A stretch of DNA of 56,369 bases from Clostridia bacterium. GTDB taxonomy: Bacteria; Bacillota; Clostridia; Christensenellales; UBA1242. A model generated the notes under the pieces. It did not search any database and was not told the DNA's origin. It saw only the letters and a list, made by a program, of their open reading frames with translations. Shown here piece after piece: positions 47,104 through 56,000 of the stretch; position 1 is the stretch's first letter; the number at the start of each line of letters is the position of its first letter. The position numbers and the translations under genes are program-made. The DNA is taken from assembly GCA_028708805.1 (NCBI GenBank), contig JAQVYC010000003.1, forward strand, positions 1 to 56,369. The letters are read 5' to 3'.

Positions 47104-47715
47104 TTATTTGTTTTGAATTAAAAATGCTTTTGATTTACGCTTGCAATCTATAAAACAATAGATGTTATATAAGGACAACATAATCAACGAACTAACAATT
47201 AACCCAAAAAGTGAAATCTCATTACCTAAAACCAAATCGTCAACACCGTATCTTGTTAAATAAAAAATTATTTCTGCGGTTGTTGTCCCCAGAAACAGAG
47301 AAACAAATGCTTGATTTGGATAATAGCAAGTAATCAAAGCGAAGATACCAAGAAGGCTGTATATCAATGTCCAGTTTAATAACTCGGACGCAAAAACATT
47401 CGTACCGTTGTTTATAAAAATTAATTGCATTGTAAGAACAACGGTTAAAAACGAAATAAGCATTCTGCCGAAATATTTACTATTTTTTATTTCACCTAAA
47501 AACATTATAGAAATAACGGCGGGAACTAAAAAGCCCGCAATACTAAAATTTATGCTTGATATTTGAAGCGTTGGTAGAAATAAACAAATAATTTCTAAAA
47601 TTAAAAATCCTAGCACATAAGATTTTCTTAATTGTAATCTTTTTAAATAACTTTCACCCACATTGAAAATTGTTAAAATAAAAAGCACACCTAAAATTAA
47701 AATAAGATATTTCAT
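47104..47715 (-). CDS. polytopic membrane protein, unknown function
   Basis: 203-aa ORF that is hydrophobic throughout (about six predicted TM helices by eye). No family recognised. Confidence 0.55.
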   Translation of the reverse strand: MKYLILILGVLFILTIFNVGESYLKRLQLRKSYVLGFLILEIICLFLPTLQISSINFSIAGFLVPAVISIMFLGEIKNSKYFGRMLISFLTVVLTMQLIFINNGTNVFASELLNWTLIYSLLGIFALITCYYPNQAFVSLFLGTTTAEIIFYLTRYGVDDLVLGNEISLFGLIVSSLIMLSLYNIYCFIDCKRKSKAFLIQNK

Positions 47716-47844
47716 AATAATCCTTTATTTTAATTAAAATGTGCGTTTATTAAATAATTATGCTTTTGTTTTATAAAAACAGAAAGTTTCGTTTGTGTAA
47801 GAAAATAATGTTTAGCTGTTTATGTTTAATAGTTTATTTTATAT

Positions 47845-48663
47845 TTATATAATTCCTTTTGAGTGTTGAACAAATGAGCTTTTTTGTGATTCGTTTAGGA
47901 AATATGTAATTTCAGGCTTTAAGCTTAAAACTCCGTTTTTACTCATTTCATCTTGTGAGCTAAAAATCAAAGCATTTTTATATAGCCCATAACGCAGTTT
48001 GTATTTTTTTTCAGAGTTTGTTTGATGCGAAATTAACTGCATTAAATAACTTCGAAAATTACTCATTTCCATACTAAAAGGAATCTCTTTATTTTCAGAT
48101 TTATAACCCATCTCTGTTAGATACTGCACGCTAAGTGCATCAACATGTGAAGAACGCTTTAACATTCTAATAGATGAGTCAAAGTGATACCTAGCACGCC
48201 TATAATCATCGGAAGTTAACAATGCCTCTTCATAATTTTTTTCATCTTCAATATTGCATACCTTTTGCCTTGCCAAGTTAGAATAATAAGCATAGAGTGC
48301 CATGTGGCTTCGGGGGTCGCCATTTTTGTTTCTAGTTAGATTAACAACATGTTTAAAGAGAGTGTTATTAAAAAAGCTTGTTGAATTTGAATTTATGATT
48401 GAGTCATTAGATGGAATATTACAATTTTTTAAAAGGTCAGATTGCCCATATGTAAACAATGGGGTTTGCGGAAGATTTAAACGATGATAATATTCAATTG
48501 CCTCAATTTGTCCTTTTTCTGCTAAATCTATAATTCTTTTAATAAATTCTTGTGTAGAGTTTATCGTTGCTCCACGGTTTTCATTTATTGTAAGAAGCGC
48601 CTTAATTTCAGAGTAAATAAATAAGCAGTCATCTTTTGTTAATCTGGTGTTTAGCGTTATCAT
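47845..48663 (-). CDS. hypothetical protein
   Basis: The start is moved from the track TTG (48675) to the ATG at 48663 (MITLNTRL...), which follows the SD ggagg. No motif recognised. Confidence 0.5.
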   Translation of the reverse strand: MITLNTRLTKDDCLFIYSEIKALLTINENRGATINSTQEFIKRIIDLAEKGQIEAIEYYHRLNLPQTPLFTYGQSDLLKNCNIPSNDSIINSNSTSFFNNTLFKHVVNLTRNKNGDPRSHMALYAYYSNLARQKVCNIEDEKNYEEALLTSDDYRRARYHFDSSIRMLKRSSHVDALSVQYLTEMGYKSENKEIPFSMEMSNFRSYLMQLISHQTNSEKKYKLRYGLYKNALIFSSQDEMSKNGVLSLKPEITYFLNESQKSSFVQHSKGII

Positions 48664-48735
48664 ATTTACCTCCAAGCTAAAAGATAGTTAAAATTAATTC
48701 GTGATTTTTGCGAGTGGCTTGGCTATTTGATTTCA

Positions 48736-48763
48736 ATTATAAATAATTTATGCGAAATGTCAA
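48736..48763 (-). promoter_or_regulatory. candidate sigma-A promoter for 47845..48663
   Basis: Minus strand reads TTGACA, a 16-nt spacer, then TATAAT. Confidence 0.5.
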
Positions 48764-48995
48764 TTAATTCGAGAAAATAGTGCAAATTTAAGGCATAATT
48801 ATGTTTTTTCTGCTATAAATGCAGAAAAAAACAATTATTTATAGTTTTTTCAAGTAAAATTAGTTTCTTGTTTTATAGTTGTTTTGACATTAAAACATAT
48901 AATAAATTAATTATTACTTTTAAAAATCTCAAAAATGTGGTACAATTATACTTAGCAAATAAACAATATCTTTTCATTTTTTTGGAGGTAGCAAA

Positions 48996-49820
48996 ATGGG
49001 CGTTTTTAGTTATTTTAAAGAAAAAGTTACAGAACCAGTTCATCACGAAGATGAAGATAATTTAAATTTAACCGAAGGGGCACATATTCTTGTTAATTGC
49101 AACAATGTTAATTTGTCGGGTAGTGCTTGCGTGATGGAAAGTGTAGACACTGAATATATCGAAGTTGGCGGAAGAGCTAAAATTCAAGTTTTTCATTCTG
49201 GTAGAATAAAATCACTTTGCAATAGAGCTAAAATAGGAATGCTAAAAAATGGAATTATTGAAAAAGCAACCGACCACACAGAAGTTACTACAATTAATTT
49301 TTGTCAGTTTGAATATTTAACGGGCAGGGCAAAAATTGGCACTTTTAATAATGGTTCAATTAAATTTATGGATAAATTTTCTTATATTTCAACTTTTAAT
49401 TCAGGGCAAATTATGTTTATGCGAAACAATTCCAGAATTGGAACATTAATCAACGGGAACATTGCAGGGATGTCAAACAACGCACAAATAGATACAATGA
49501 TGAATGGCAAAGTTGGTTATATGCTGAACAAGTCAAAAATAGGAACTATAAATATGGGGGCAGTTGATGAGCTTTGTGATAATGCCTCAATAAACACATT
49601 GAATGAAGGTGAAGTTAATCAAATGATGGGCAGTTCAATGATATATCAACAAATTGGTGGAACTGTAAACAATAGAAGCGGTCAAGCAATTTTGATTTAT
49701 ACAAAAGAAAAAGAAAAGTCTAAAAAGGCAGGTCCAACTGAATTAAATATAGAAGCGGTTAAAGTTATTACAAAAAAGAAAGGTGAATCCCGCAAAGTTT
49801 TTGATAATATTAAATTATAA
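48996..49820 (+). CDS. 17-residue-repeat (beta-solenoid-like) protein
   Basis: SD ggagg. About ten consecutive 17-aa units with the pattern ..(R/N)AKIGT.N.G.I..M, for example GRAKIGTFNNGSIKFMD, NNSRIGTLINGNIAGMS and NKSKIGTINMGAVDELC. An amphipathic N-terminus (MGVFSYFKEK) and a K/E-rich tail flank them. Confidence 0.6.
   Translation: MGVFSYFKEKVTEPVHHEDEDNLNLTEGAHILVNCNNVNLSGSACVMESVDTEYIEVGGRAKIQVFHSGRIKSLCNRAKIGMLKNGIIEKATDHTEVTTINFCQFEYLTGRAKIGTFNNGSIKFMDKFSYISTFNSGQIMFMRNNSRIGTLINGNIAGMSNNAQIDTMMNGKVGYMLNKSKIGTINMGAVDELCDNASINTLNEGEVNQMMGSSMIYQQIGGTVNNRSGQAILIYTKEKEKSKKAGPTELNIEAVKVITKKKGESRKVFDNIKL
49167..49676 (+). repeat. 51-bp-period coding repeats (about ten units)
   Basis: The periodicity is seen in the translated 17-aa units listed for the CDS. 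The units are diverged at the DNA level. Confidence 0.6.
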
Positions 49821-50144
49821 TTGCATTTTATTTTAATAATTCTTTTATTAAAAAACAAATATTAGATATCCAAGCTGAATAGCAATACTCAGGTTATGCT
49901 TTATAGTTATTAATGAACTATGCAAATGATATGGTGGAAGGATGATTATATAAAGTCAAAACTATGGTGATAAAAATCGAGAAATTGTAGACAATATCAA
50001 TTTTCAGGGAACTAAAACATAGTGTAATACAAACAGTAAAGTTTAGCTCAGTAACGAAATATTTTAATAACAAAAAAGAAGAAGGGTTATCCAAACAGAT
50101 AGGTAATACTAGAAAAAATTCTAAAAATATATTGATTAAAAAAG

Positions 50145-50177
50145 AAGGCGGCTAAACAAAGTCGTCTTTATCTTTCT
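50145..50177 (+). terminator. plus-strand-specific hairpin with U-rich tail
   Basis: AAGGCGGC / GTCGTCTT forms 8 pairs, two of them G-U; these become A-C mismatches on the other strand. The loop is 8 nt and the tail is TATCTTTC. Confidence 0.4.
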
Positions 50178-50310
50178 AATTGTATAAATTAAATTGAACT
50201 TCATTTTGTGTTAATTGAATGTTTTGTTTTCTTAAAATTAAATATTTAAAAATTTTGCAAAAACATTTATTTAAAAAGCTATTTTTGCTTATTGTGCTTT
50301 TATGAACTCA

Positions 50311-50362
50311 TTTTTTTCTAAGTGAGAGCTTATCCCACCGAATTAATTATGGCTGGATTTTT
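50311..50362 (+). repeat. intergenic hairpin repeat, copy E
   Basis: TTTTTTTCTAAGTGAGAGCTTATCCCACCGAATTAATTATGGCTGGATTTTT is very close to copy C3 (16043-16097, opposite strand). Confidence 0.65.
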
Positions 50363-50406
50363 AATAAAAGCAATTTTTTCATTATGTGTTAGAAATGATA
50401 ATATTA

Positions 50407-50415
50407 TGTTATAAT
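50407..50415 (+). promoter_or_regulatory. extended -10 element upstream of Y-family polymerase
   Basis: TGTTATAAT lies ~25 nt upstream of the ATG. No convincing -35 was seen. Confidence 0.4.
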
Positions 50416-50438
50416 AACAAAGAATATGGAGTAAATTA

Positions 50439-51719
50439 ATGCCTGAGAAACAAAGAGTATATTTTGTAATAGATATGAAATCGTTTTTCGCATCAGTGGA
50501 ATGTGCAGAGCGAGGACTAGATGCAATGACAGCTAAATTAATTGTTGCTGATGCAAGTAGAACCGATAAAACAATATGTCTTGCTGTTTCTCCTGCATTA
50601 AAGGCATTAGGAATAAAGAACAGATGCAGACTATATGAAGTGCCTAAAAATATTGAATATATTATTGCCAAACCACGAATGAAAAAATATATAGATTATT
50701 CTGCCAAAATTTATGGAATATATTTACAGTATATTGATAAATCGGATATTCATGTTTATTCAATTGATGAGTGTATTATTGATGCTACTGATTACTTAAA
50801 ATTATATAAAATTAAAGCAAAAGCCTTTGTCAAAAAACTTATGACAGAAATATGGGAGAAACTTGGTATTCCTGCAACAGCTGGAATTGGTTCAAATATG
50901 TATTTAGCTAAAATTGCTTTGGATATAACTGCAAAAAACTCGGATGATGGAATTGGTTGGCTCACTGAAGAAAAATTTATAAAAGAACTATGGAGGCATA
51001 AGCCATTAAGTGATTTTTGGGGAATATCTACTGGAACAGTAAATAGACTTTCAAAATACGCGATTCATAATATGGAAGATATTGCTCATTGTAATGAAGA
51101 GTTATTATTTAGAGAATTTGGAGTAAATGCTGAAATAATTATTGATCATTCTTGGGGGAAAGAATCGTGTTTGATGGAAGATATAAAAAATTATAAAGGA
51201 AAATCAAAATCAATTTCCAATTCTCAAATATTGCCTTGTGCATATACCCCTGCTGATGCGTCATTGGTAATGAGAGAAATGATTCAAGAGGGCTGTTATA
51301 GGCTAACAAGAATTAATATGGTTACATGTTTAATTCACATATATGTAGGATATCAAAATGAATTAAAAACAATGGCAAAAGGAACAAAAAGACTTAAAAT
51401 TACAACAAATCTTTATTCTCAGATAATCCCTTATGCTGATGCTTTGTATGATGAGATAGTGGATAAAACAAAAAAAATAAGAAAAATAGCTTATAGTTTT
51501 GCCAATTTGCTTCCGGAAGATTATGAACAATATGATTTATTTACAGATATAGAAAAACTAAAAAAAGAAAAAATTCTTATTAAAAGTTTACTTGACATAA
51601 AAAACAAGTTTGGGAAAAATGCTATTCTTAAAGGAACAGATTATAATCCAAAAGCGACTCAACGAGAAAGAAATAATCAAATAGGAGGACATAATAGTGG
51701 AACGGAGGAAGATGCCTAG
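50439..51719 (+). CDS. Y-family (UmuC/DinB-like) translesion DNA polymerase
   Basis: N-terminus VYFVIDMKSFFASVECAER (catalytic D...F.A.VE), the SIDE motif (VYSIDECIIDAT) and the GIGSNMYLAKIALD block. Confidence 0.85.
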   Translation: MPEKQRVYFVIDMKSFFASVECAERGLDAMTAKLIVADASRTDKTICLAVSPALKALGIKNRCRLYEVPKNIEYIIAKPRMKKYIDYSAKIYGIYLQYIDKSDIHVYSIDECIIDATDYLKLYKIKAKAFVKKLMTEIWEKLGIPATAGIGSNMYLAKIALDITAKNSDDGIGWLTEEKFIKELWRHKPLSDFWGISTGTVNRLSKYAIHNMEDIAHCNEELLFREFGVNAEIIIDHSWGKESCLMEDIKNYKGKSKSISNSQILPCAYTPADASLVMREMIQEGCYRLTRINMVTCLIHIYVGYQNELKTMAKGTKRLKITTNLYSQIIPYADALYDEIVDKTKKIRKIAYSFANLLPEDYEQYDLFTDIEKLKKEKILIKSLLDIKNKFGKNAILKGTDYNPKATQRERNNQIGGHNSGTEEDA

Positions 51720-52053
51720 AATAAAAAGGGCAACGCAATTTGCACCGTTTGATGCCCTAAAAGGAATGCAGGATGCATTAAGATTGGCAGAATATTCACA
51801 TGATAGAGTTGAAAAGGGCGATGTTTCTGAAGAAGTAGCGGAAGAAATTTCAAGTACATTAAACAACCTGGAAAAAAATTCAATAGTCAAATTAAAATAT
51901 TTTGAAGATGGACACCATTTTGACTATGAAGGCAAAATAAAATTTGATATAGAAACTCAGAAAATTGAATTTGGCAAAAAGAAAATATTGCTAGACAATG
52001 TTTTAGAATTGAGAATGAATGATGAAGAGAAAAAACAAAAGACAACTGATTAA
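51697..52053 (+). CDS. YolD-like protein (putative polymerase accessory factor)
   Basis: 118-aa ORF overlapping the polymerase stop, with SD aggagg before the GTG. The ATQFAPFDALKGMQDAL motif resembles the conserved F.PF.AL.G block of YolD-like proteins that partner Bacillota Y-family polymerases. Confidence 0.55.
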   Translation: MERRKMPRIKRATQFAPFDALKGMQDALRLAEYSHDRVEKGDVSEEVAEEISSTLNNLEKNSIVKLKYFEDGHHFDYEGKIKFDIETQKIEFGKKKILLDNVLELRMNDEEKKQKTTD

Positions 52054-52073
52054 TGTCGCCTTTTATGTAAAAT

Positions 52074-52148
52074 TGGTGTTCCCGACAGGACTCGAACCTG
52101 TGACTAACCCTTAGGAGGGGTTTGTAATATCCTCTTTACTACGGGAAC
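52074..52148 (-). tRNA. tRNA-Arg (anticodon CCT)
   Basis: Minus strand reads GTTCCCGTAGTAAAGAGGATATTACAAACCCCTCCTAAGGGTTAGTCACAGGTTCGAGTCCTGTCGGGAACACCA. It folds as a clean cloverleaf with anticodon loop CTCCTAA, T-loop TTCGAGT and an encoded CCA. Confidence 0.9.
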
Positions 52149-52235
52149 TTATGTCAAAAACAATTTAATTATAAAATAATTAAGTTATTTATTTGGAAAT
52201 TTTCAACAATGTCTGGAAATCAAAATTCGTAAAGT

Positions 52236-52265
52236 ATTATAACATTTAATAGAGCGAAATGTCAA
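52236..52265 (-). promoter_or_regulatory. candidate promoter for tRNA-Arg
   Basis: Minus strand reads TTGACA, an 18-nt spacer, then TATAAT preceded by TGT, ~85 nt upstream of the mature tRNA 5' end. Confidence 0.45.
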
Positions 52266-52314
52266 TAAACAAGTGTTTAAAATAATTTTTAACTGGTTAA
52301 AACAAATAAATAAG

Positions 52315-52412
52315 TTCAAGGGCAACAATAATGCAACAAATACGAATTCAAGAGAATAATAATGCAGTAAAATACGAATTCACAGAGTGGCAATAATGCA
52401 ACAAATTATAAA
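52315..52412. repeat. 32-nt imperfect tandem repeat (three units)
   Basis: TTCAAGGGCAACAATAATGCAACAAATACGAA / TTCAAGAGAATAATAATGCAGTAAAATACGAA / TTCACAGAGTGGCAATAATGCAACAAATTATAA. Confidence 0.7.
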
Positions 52413-52582
52413 AGCAAGAGAAAAGCATCAAAGCGTCCAGTAAAAAATGAAAGAAATTTTTCATCATTGAATAGGAATTTTATTTACAAGTTGCTGAAAT
52501 ATAAAGGTCAAAGACTCGCTGTGTTGCAAAGTCGCTTAAATTTAAAAAGATTTTTAAACATAAACTTACCATGCAAATCTTG

Positions 52583-53158
52583 TTATTGTTGTGCTAGATT
52601 TATTTCAAAATTATTTTCTAAATGAAGTGAGTTTTTTGTTTTAATACATTTTGTAACTAAATATAATAGCCCACTTGAATTCTCAGTCCCTTTTGGCGAA
52701 AGGGTTAACGGTGATGAGGCTGTATTTTCAATCAATTCATCAAAACTCGGGTCGGAATGAATGTTTGGAAGAATAACACTGGCCGTTATTTCGGACTCTG
52801 AATAATTTTCTATTTTAAAAGTATAGACAATATATTTTTTTGAAGAAGAAAATTTTAATATATTGTAAGGAATTATCCAAGAAACAAGAACCGGCTCTGT
52901 TTCTGAAAAGTCTTGAATAAAAGGTCGTGTTGTGGCTGTTTCTTTTCTGATTAAATCTTCCCAATTATCATAGGTGCTATATGTTTCTTCGCTTAGCAAA
53001 AAAGCATTTGCTTCCACTTTATAAGAGACATTTGAATTAAAAACAATTCTACTTGATACAGAGAAATTGAGGTTAATTGCAGCATAAACCGTAATGCCGA
53101 TTAATATAAAAACAATAAAAACTGAAACCACACTAAGAGAAATATTGAAAATTTTCAT
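52583..53158 (-). CDS. secreted or membrane-anchored hypothetical protein
   Basis: 191-aa ORF with an N-terminal hydrophobic helix (LSVVSVFIVFILIGITVYAAI). The rest is beta-rich. No family recognised. Confidence 0.5.
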   Translation of the reverse strand: MKIFNISLSVVSVFIVFILIGITVYAAINLNFSVSSRIVFNSNVSYKVEANAFLLSEETYSTYDNWEDLIRKETATTRPFIQDFSETEPVLVSWIIPYNILKFSSSKKYIVYTFKIENYSESEITASVILPNIHSDPSFDELIENTASSPLTLSPKGTENSSGLLYLVTKCIKTKNSLHLENNFEINLAQQ

Positions 53159-53244
53159 AAATTACATCCATTATTGAAGTTATTATGTCAAAAAACATAA
53201 AAATAAATCAATCTTAATGGATTTTAAGCGAATTTAAAAATTTT

Positions 53245-53281
53245 AAAAAAATTATCCTACCGTTTAATTTTGGTGGATAAT
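53245..53281 (-). terminator. intrinsic terminator after valS
   Basis: Arms ATTATCC(T)ACC / GGTGGATAAT form 10 pairs with one bulge around a 10-nt loop. A T-run follows on the minus strand. Confidence 0.6.
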
Positions 53282-53366
53282 TTATTGCGATTAATTGTTT
53301 TATGCTATTTTTTTGTTTTTAAAAGATATTTTCAAAAGATGTTTATAGCTTATTATATATAATGCT

Positions 53367-56000
53367 TTATACTTCTCCTAACAGCTTCAAAGAATTGCTT
53401 ATGTTGTCTAGTCGGTTAGTTAGTTTTGCTAGAAGTTCACGCTCTGCGTTTACTCTTTGAGCGGGGGCCTTACTAACAAAGCCCGAATTATTAAGTAAGG
53501 TTTCAGATTTTTCAATGTCGGCATTTATTTTTCTAAGTTCATTTTCTAGTCGAGAAATTTCTTTTTCTTTATCTATTAAATGGTCGTTAGGAATAATCAC
53601 TTTTACAACTTCGTTTATTGTAAAGGTGTTTTTAAAATCAATTTTGCTTTCATCATTAATTAAAAATGCATTTTTTCCATGAGCTAATTTCTTTATAACA
53701 AATAAATTATTTGCAATTTGTTTAATATTAGCCAAAGGTAATACATATAAATCGGTTTTCTTATTGTCTGGAATGTTCATATCGGCTCGAAGATTTCTAA
53801 CTTTCTTAATTATATCCATTATTGCAAGCATTGCTTTGTGGTCGGCAGGAAAGTCGAGTTTTTTATTATAAGTTGGAAAGCTTTCAAGCATAATGCTATT
53901 ATTATGGTTTGGCATTGACAAATAAATTTCTTCTGTTATAAACGGAACAATTGGATGCAAAAGTTTTAAAATGTTTTCTAACACAAACAGTAAAACATTT
54001 ACCACTTCATTTTTCTCTGCGGGATTCCCTTCATATAACTTTACTTTACTTTCTTCAATATACCAATCGCAAAACTTTGTCCAAACGAACTCATACATTT
54101 CCATACAAACAACACCTAAATCATATTTTTCATACAATTTAGTAACATTTTTAATTGTTTTATTCAATTCACTTAGAATCCATTTATCTGAACTTGTAAG
54201 ATTAATTTCATCAAGGTTTAGTTTTGTAAATTTAATTTTTTCGGTGTTGTCTAGAACATAGCGACTCGCATTCCAAATTTTATTTAAAAAAGCACTTATT
54301 GATTTAATTTTTTCTTCTCCCAGTCTACTATCTTGTCCAACGCCAACTCCGTGGCAGGATGCAAACCTTAGAGAGTCCGCTCCATAATTATTAATAATTT
54401 CAACAGGGTCAATGCCGTTGCCCAACGACTTGCTCATTTTTCTTCCTTGACTATCACGAATTAAACCATGAATTAAAACATTCTCAAAAGGAATCTCACT
54501 CGTGTATTCCAAAGAACTGAAAATCATTCGAGCAATCCAAAAGAAAATTATATCGTATGCCGTTATCATAAGATTCGTTGGAAAAAAATATTTGAAATCT
54601 TCTGTAATTTCAGGCCAGCCGAGTGTGCTGAAAGGCCAAAGTGCGCTACTAAACCAAGTGTCTAGCGAGTCCTCATCTTGATAAATATTCTTACTTCCAC
54701 ACTTTGTACATTGTGTGGGGTCGGTTTCGGAAACAATTACCTCATCACAATCTTTGCAATAAAACACAGGAATCCTATGTCCGCTCCAAATTTGACGGCT
54801 TATACACCAGTCTTTAATATTCTGCATCCAGTGTAAATAAATTTTTTCGAATTTCTGAGGAATAAATTTGATTTTTTTAGTTTTAACAACCTCAACTGCT
54901 TCTATTGCTAAGTCTTTCATTTTTACATACCATTGTGTTGAAATTTTAGGTTCAACTACTTGATGGCATCTTTGGCAACAACCAACAGAGTTTTTATATT
55001 TTTCAACTTTTTCCAAAAGATTTGATTTTTCTAAATCCGAAATTAATTGCTTTCTGCAATCTTGGCGGTCTAAGCCTGCATATTGTAAAGCATTTTGATT
55101 CATTGTTCCATCATCGTCTATCACATTAATTTGTTCAAGATTATGTCGAATTCCAACTTCAAAATCGTTCGGGTCGTGTGCCGGGGTTATTTTAACGACG
55201 CCCGTTCCAAATTTAGAGTCTACATAAGAGTCTGCAACAATAGGAATTAATTTATTTACAACAGGTAATATAACATTTTGCCCAACCAGATGTTTATATC
55301 GTTTATCTTTTGGATTAACCGCCAAAGCAACATCTCCTAAAAGTGTTTCGGGGCGAGTTGTGGCAACAGTTAAATACTTATCACTGTTCTCAATTTTATA
55401 TTTAATGTAATACAAATTTCCGTTATTTTCTTCATACTCAACTTCAATATCACTTAAAGCGGTTTTGCATTCAATGCACCAGTTTGTTATTCTTTTGCCC
55501 TTATAAATTAAGCCTTTATTATATAACTTCACAAAGGCCGCCCTAACCGCCTTGCTTCGTGGCTCGTCTAAGGTAAAAGCATATCTGCTCCAATCACAAG
55601 ATAGTCCTAACAATTTCATTTGTTCGGTTATGATATTCCCGAATTCTTCATACCATTCGTACATTTTTTTAAGAAATTCAGTTCGTCCGATATCTTCTTT
55701 TTCAATGCCCTGAGATTTCAATCTGGCAATAACTTTAACTTCGGTTGCAAGAGCGGCGTGGTCGCAACCTGGCAATAATAAGGAAACAAAACCTTGCATT
55801 CGTTTAAATCTGGTTATAGAATCCATTAAGGTCATGCCATAAGCATGTCCAATATGCAAATTACTTGTTATGTTTGGCGGTGGCATTATAATGGTAAAAG
55901 GTTGTTTTGTTTTGTTTATTTTGGCATAAAAATAATTTTTTTCTAGCCAATTTTTATATATTTTTTTTTCAAAATTTTGAGGATTAAATGTTTTTTCCAT
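53367..56000 (-). CDS. valS: valine--tRNA ligase
   Basis: 877-aa class I aaRS with HIGH (NLHIGHAYG), KMSKS (GRKMSKSLGNG), a CP1 editing-domain-length insert and a C-terminal coiled coil. Confidence 0.96.
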   Translation of the reverse strand: MEKTFNPQNFEKKIYKNWLEKNYFYAKINKTKQPFTIIMPPPNITSNLHIGHAYGMTLMDSITRFKRMQGFVSLLLPGCDHAALATEVKVIARLKSQGIEKEDIGRTEFLKKMYEWYEEFGNIITEQMKLLGLSCDWSRYAFTLDEPRSKAVRAAFVKLYNKGLIYKGKRITNWCIECKTALSDIEVEYEENNGNLYYIKYKIENSDKYLTVATTRPETLLGDVALAVNPKDKRYKHLVGQNVILPVVNKLIPIVADSYVDSKFGTGVVKITPAHDPNDFEVGIRHNLEQINVIDDDGTMNQNALQYAGLDRQDCRKQLISDLEKSNLLEKVEKYKNSVGCCQRCHQVVEPKISTQWYVKMKDLAIEAVEVVKTKKIKFIPQKFEKIYLHWMQNIKDWCISRQIWSGHRIPVFYCKDCDEVIVSETDPTQCTKCGSKNIYQDEDSLDTWFSSALWPFSTLGWPEITEDFKYFFPTNLMITAYDIIFFWIARMIFSSLEYTSEIPFENVLIHGLIRDSQGRKMSKSLGNGIDPVEIINNYGADSLRFASCHGVGVGQDSRLGEEKIKSISAFLNKIWNASRYVLDNTEKIKFTKLNLDEINLTSSDKWILSELNKTIKNVTKLYEKYDLGVVCMEMYEFVWTKFCDWYIEESKVKLYEGNPAEKNEVVNVLLFVLENILKLLHPIVPFITEEIYLSMPNHNNSIMLESFPTYNKKLDFPADHKAMLAIMDIIKKVRNLRADMNIPDNKKTDLYVLPLANIKQIANNLFVIKKLAHGKNAFLINDESKIDFKNTFTINEVVKVIIPNDHLIDKEKEISRLENELRKINADIEKSETLLNNSGFVSKAPAQRVNAERELLAKLTNRLDNISNSLKLLGEV

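Noticed and set aside
50363-50438. A LexA (Cheo) box upstream of the Y-family polymerase.
   Set aside because: There is no CGAAC-N4-GTTCG-like palindrome in the 75-nt upstream region or in the preceding repeat.
53271-53280. TGGTGGATAA looks like a DnaA box with one mismatch.
   Set aside because: It is the right arm of the valS terminator hairpin, it is isolated, and it is far from any box cluster.
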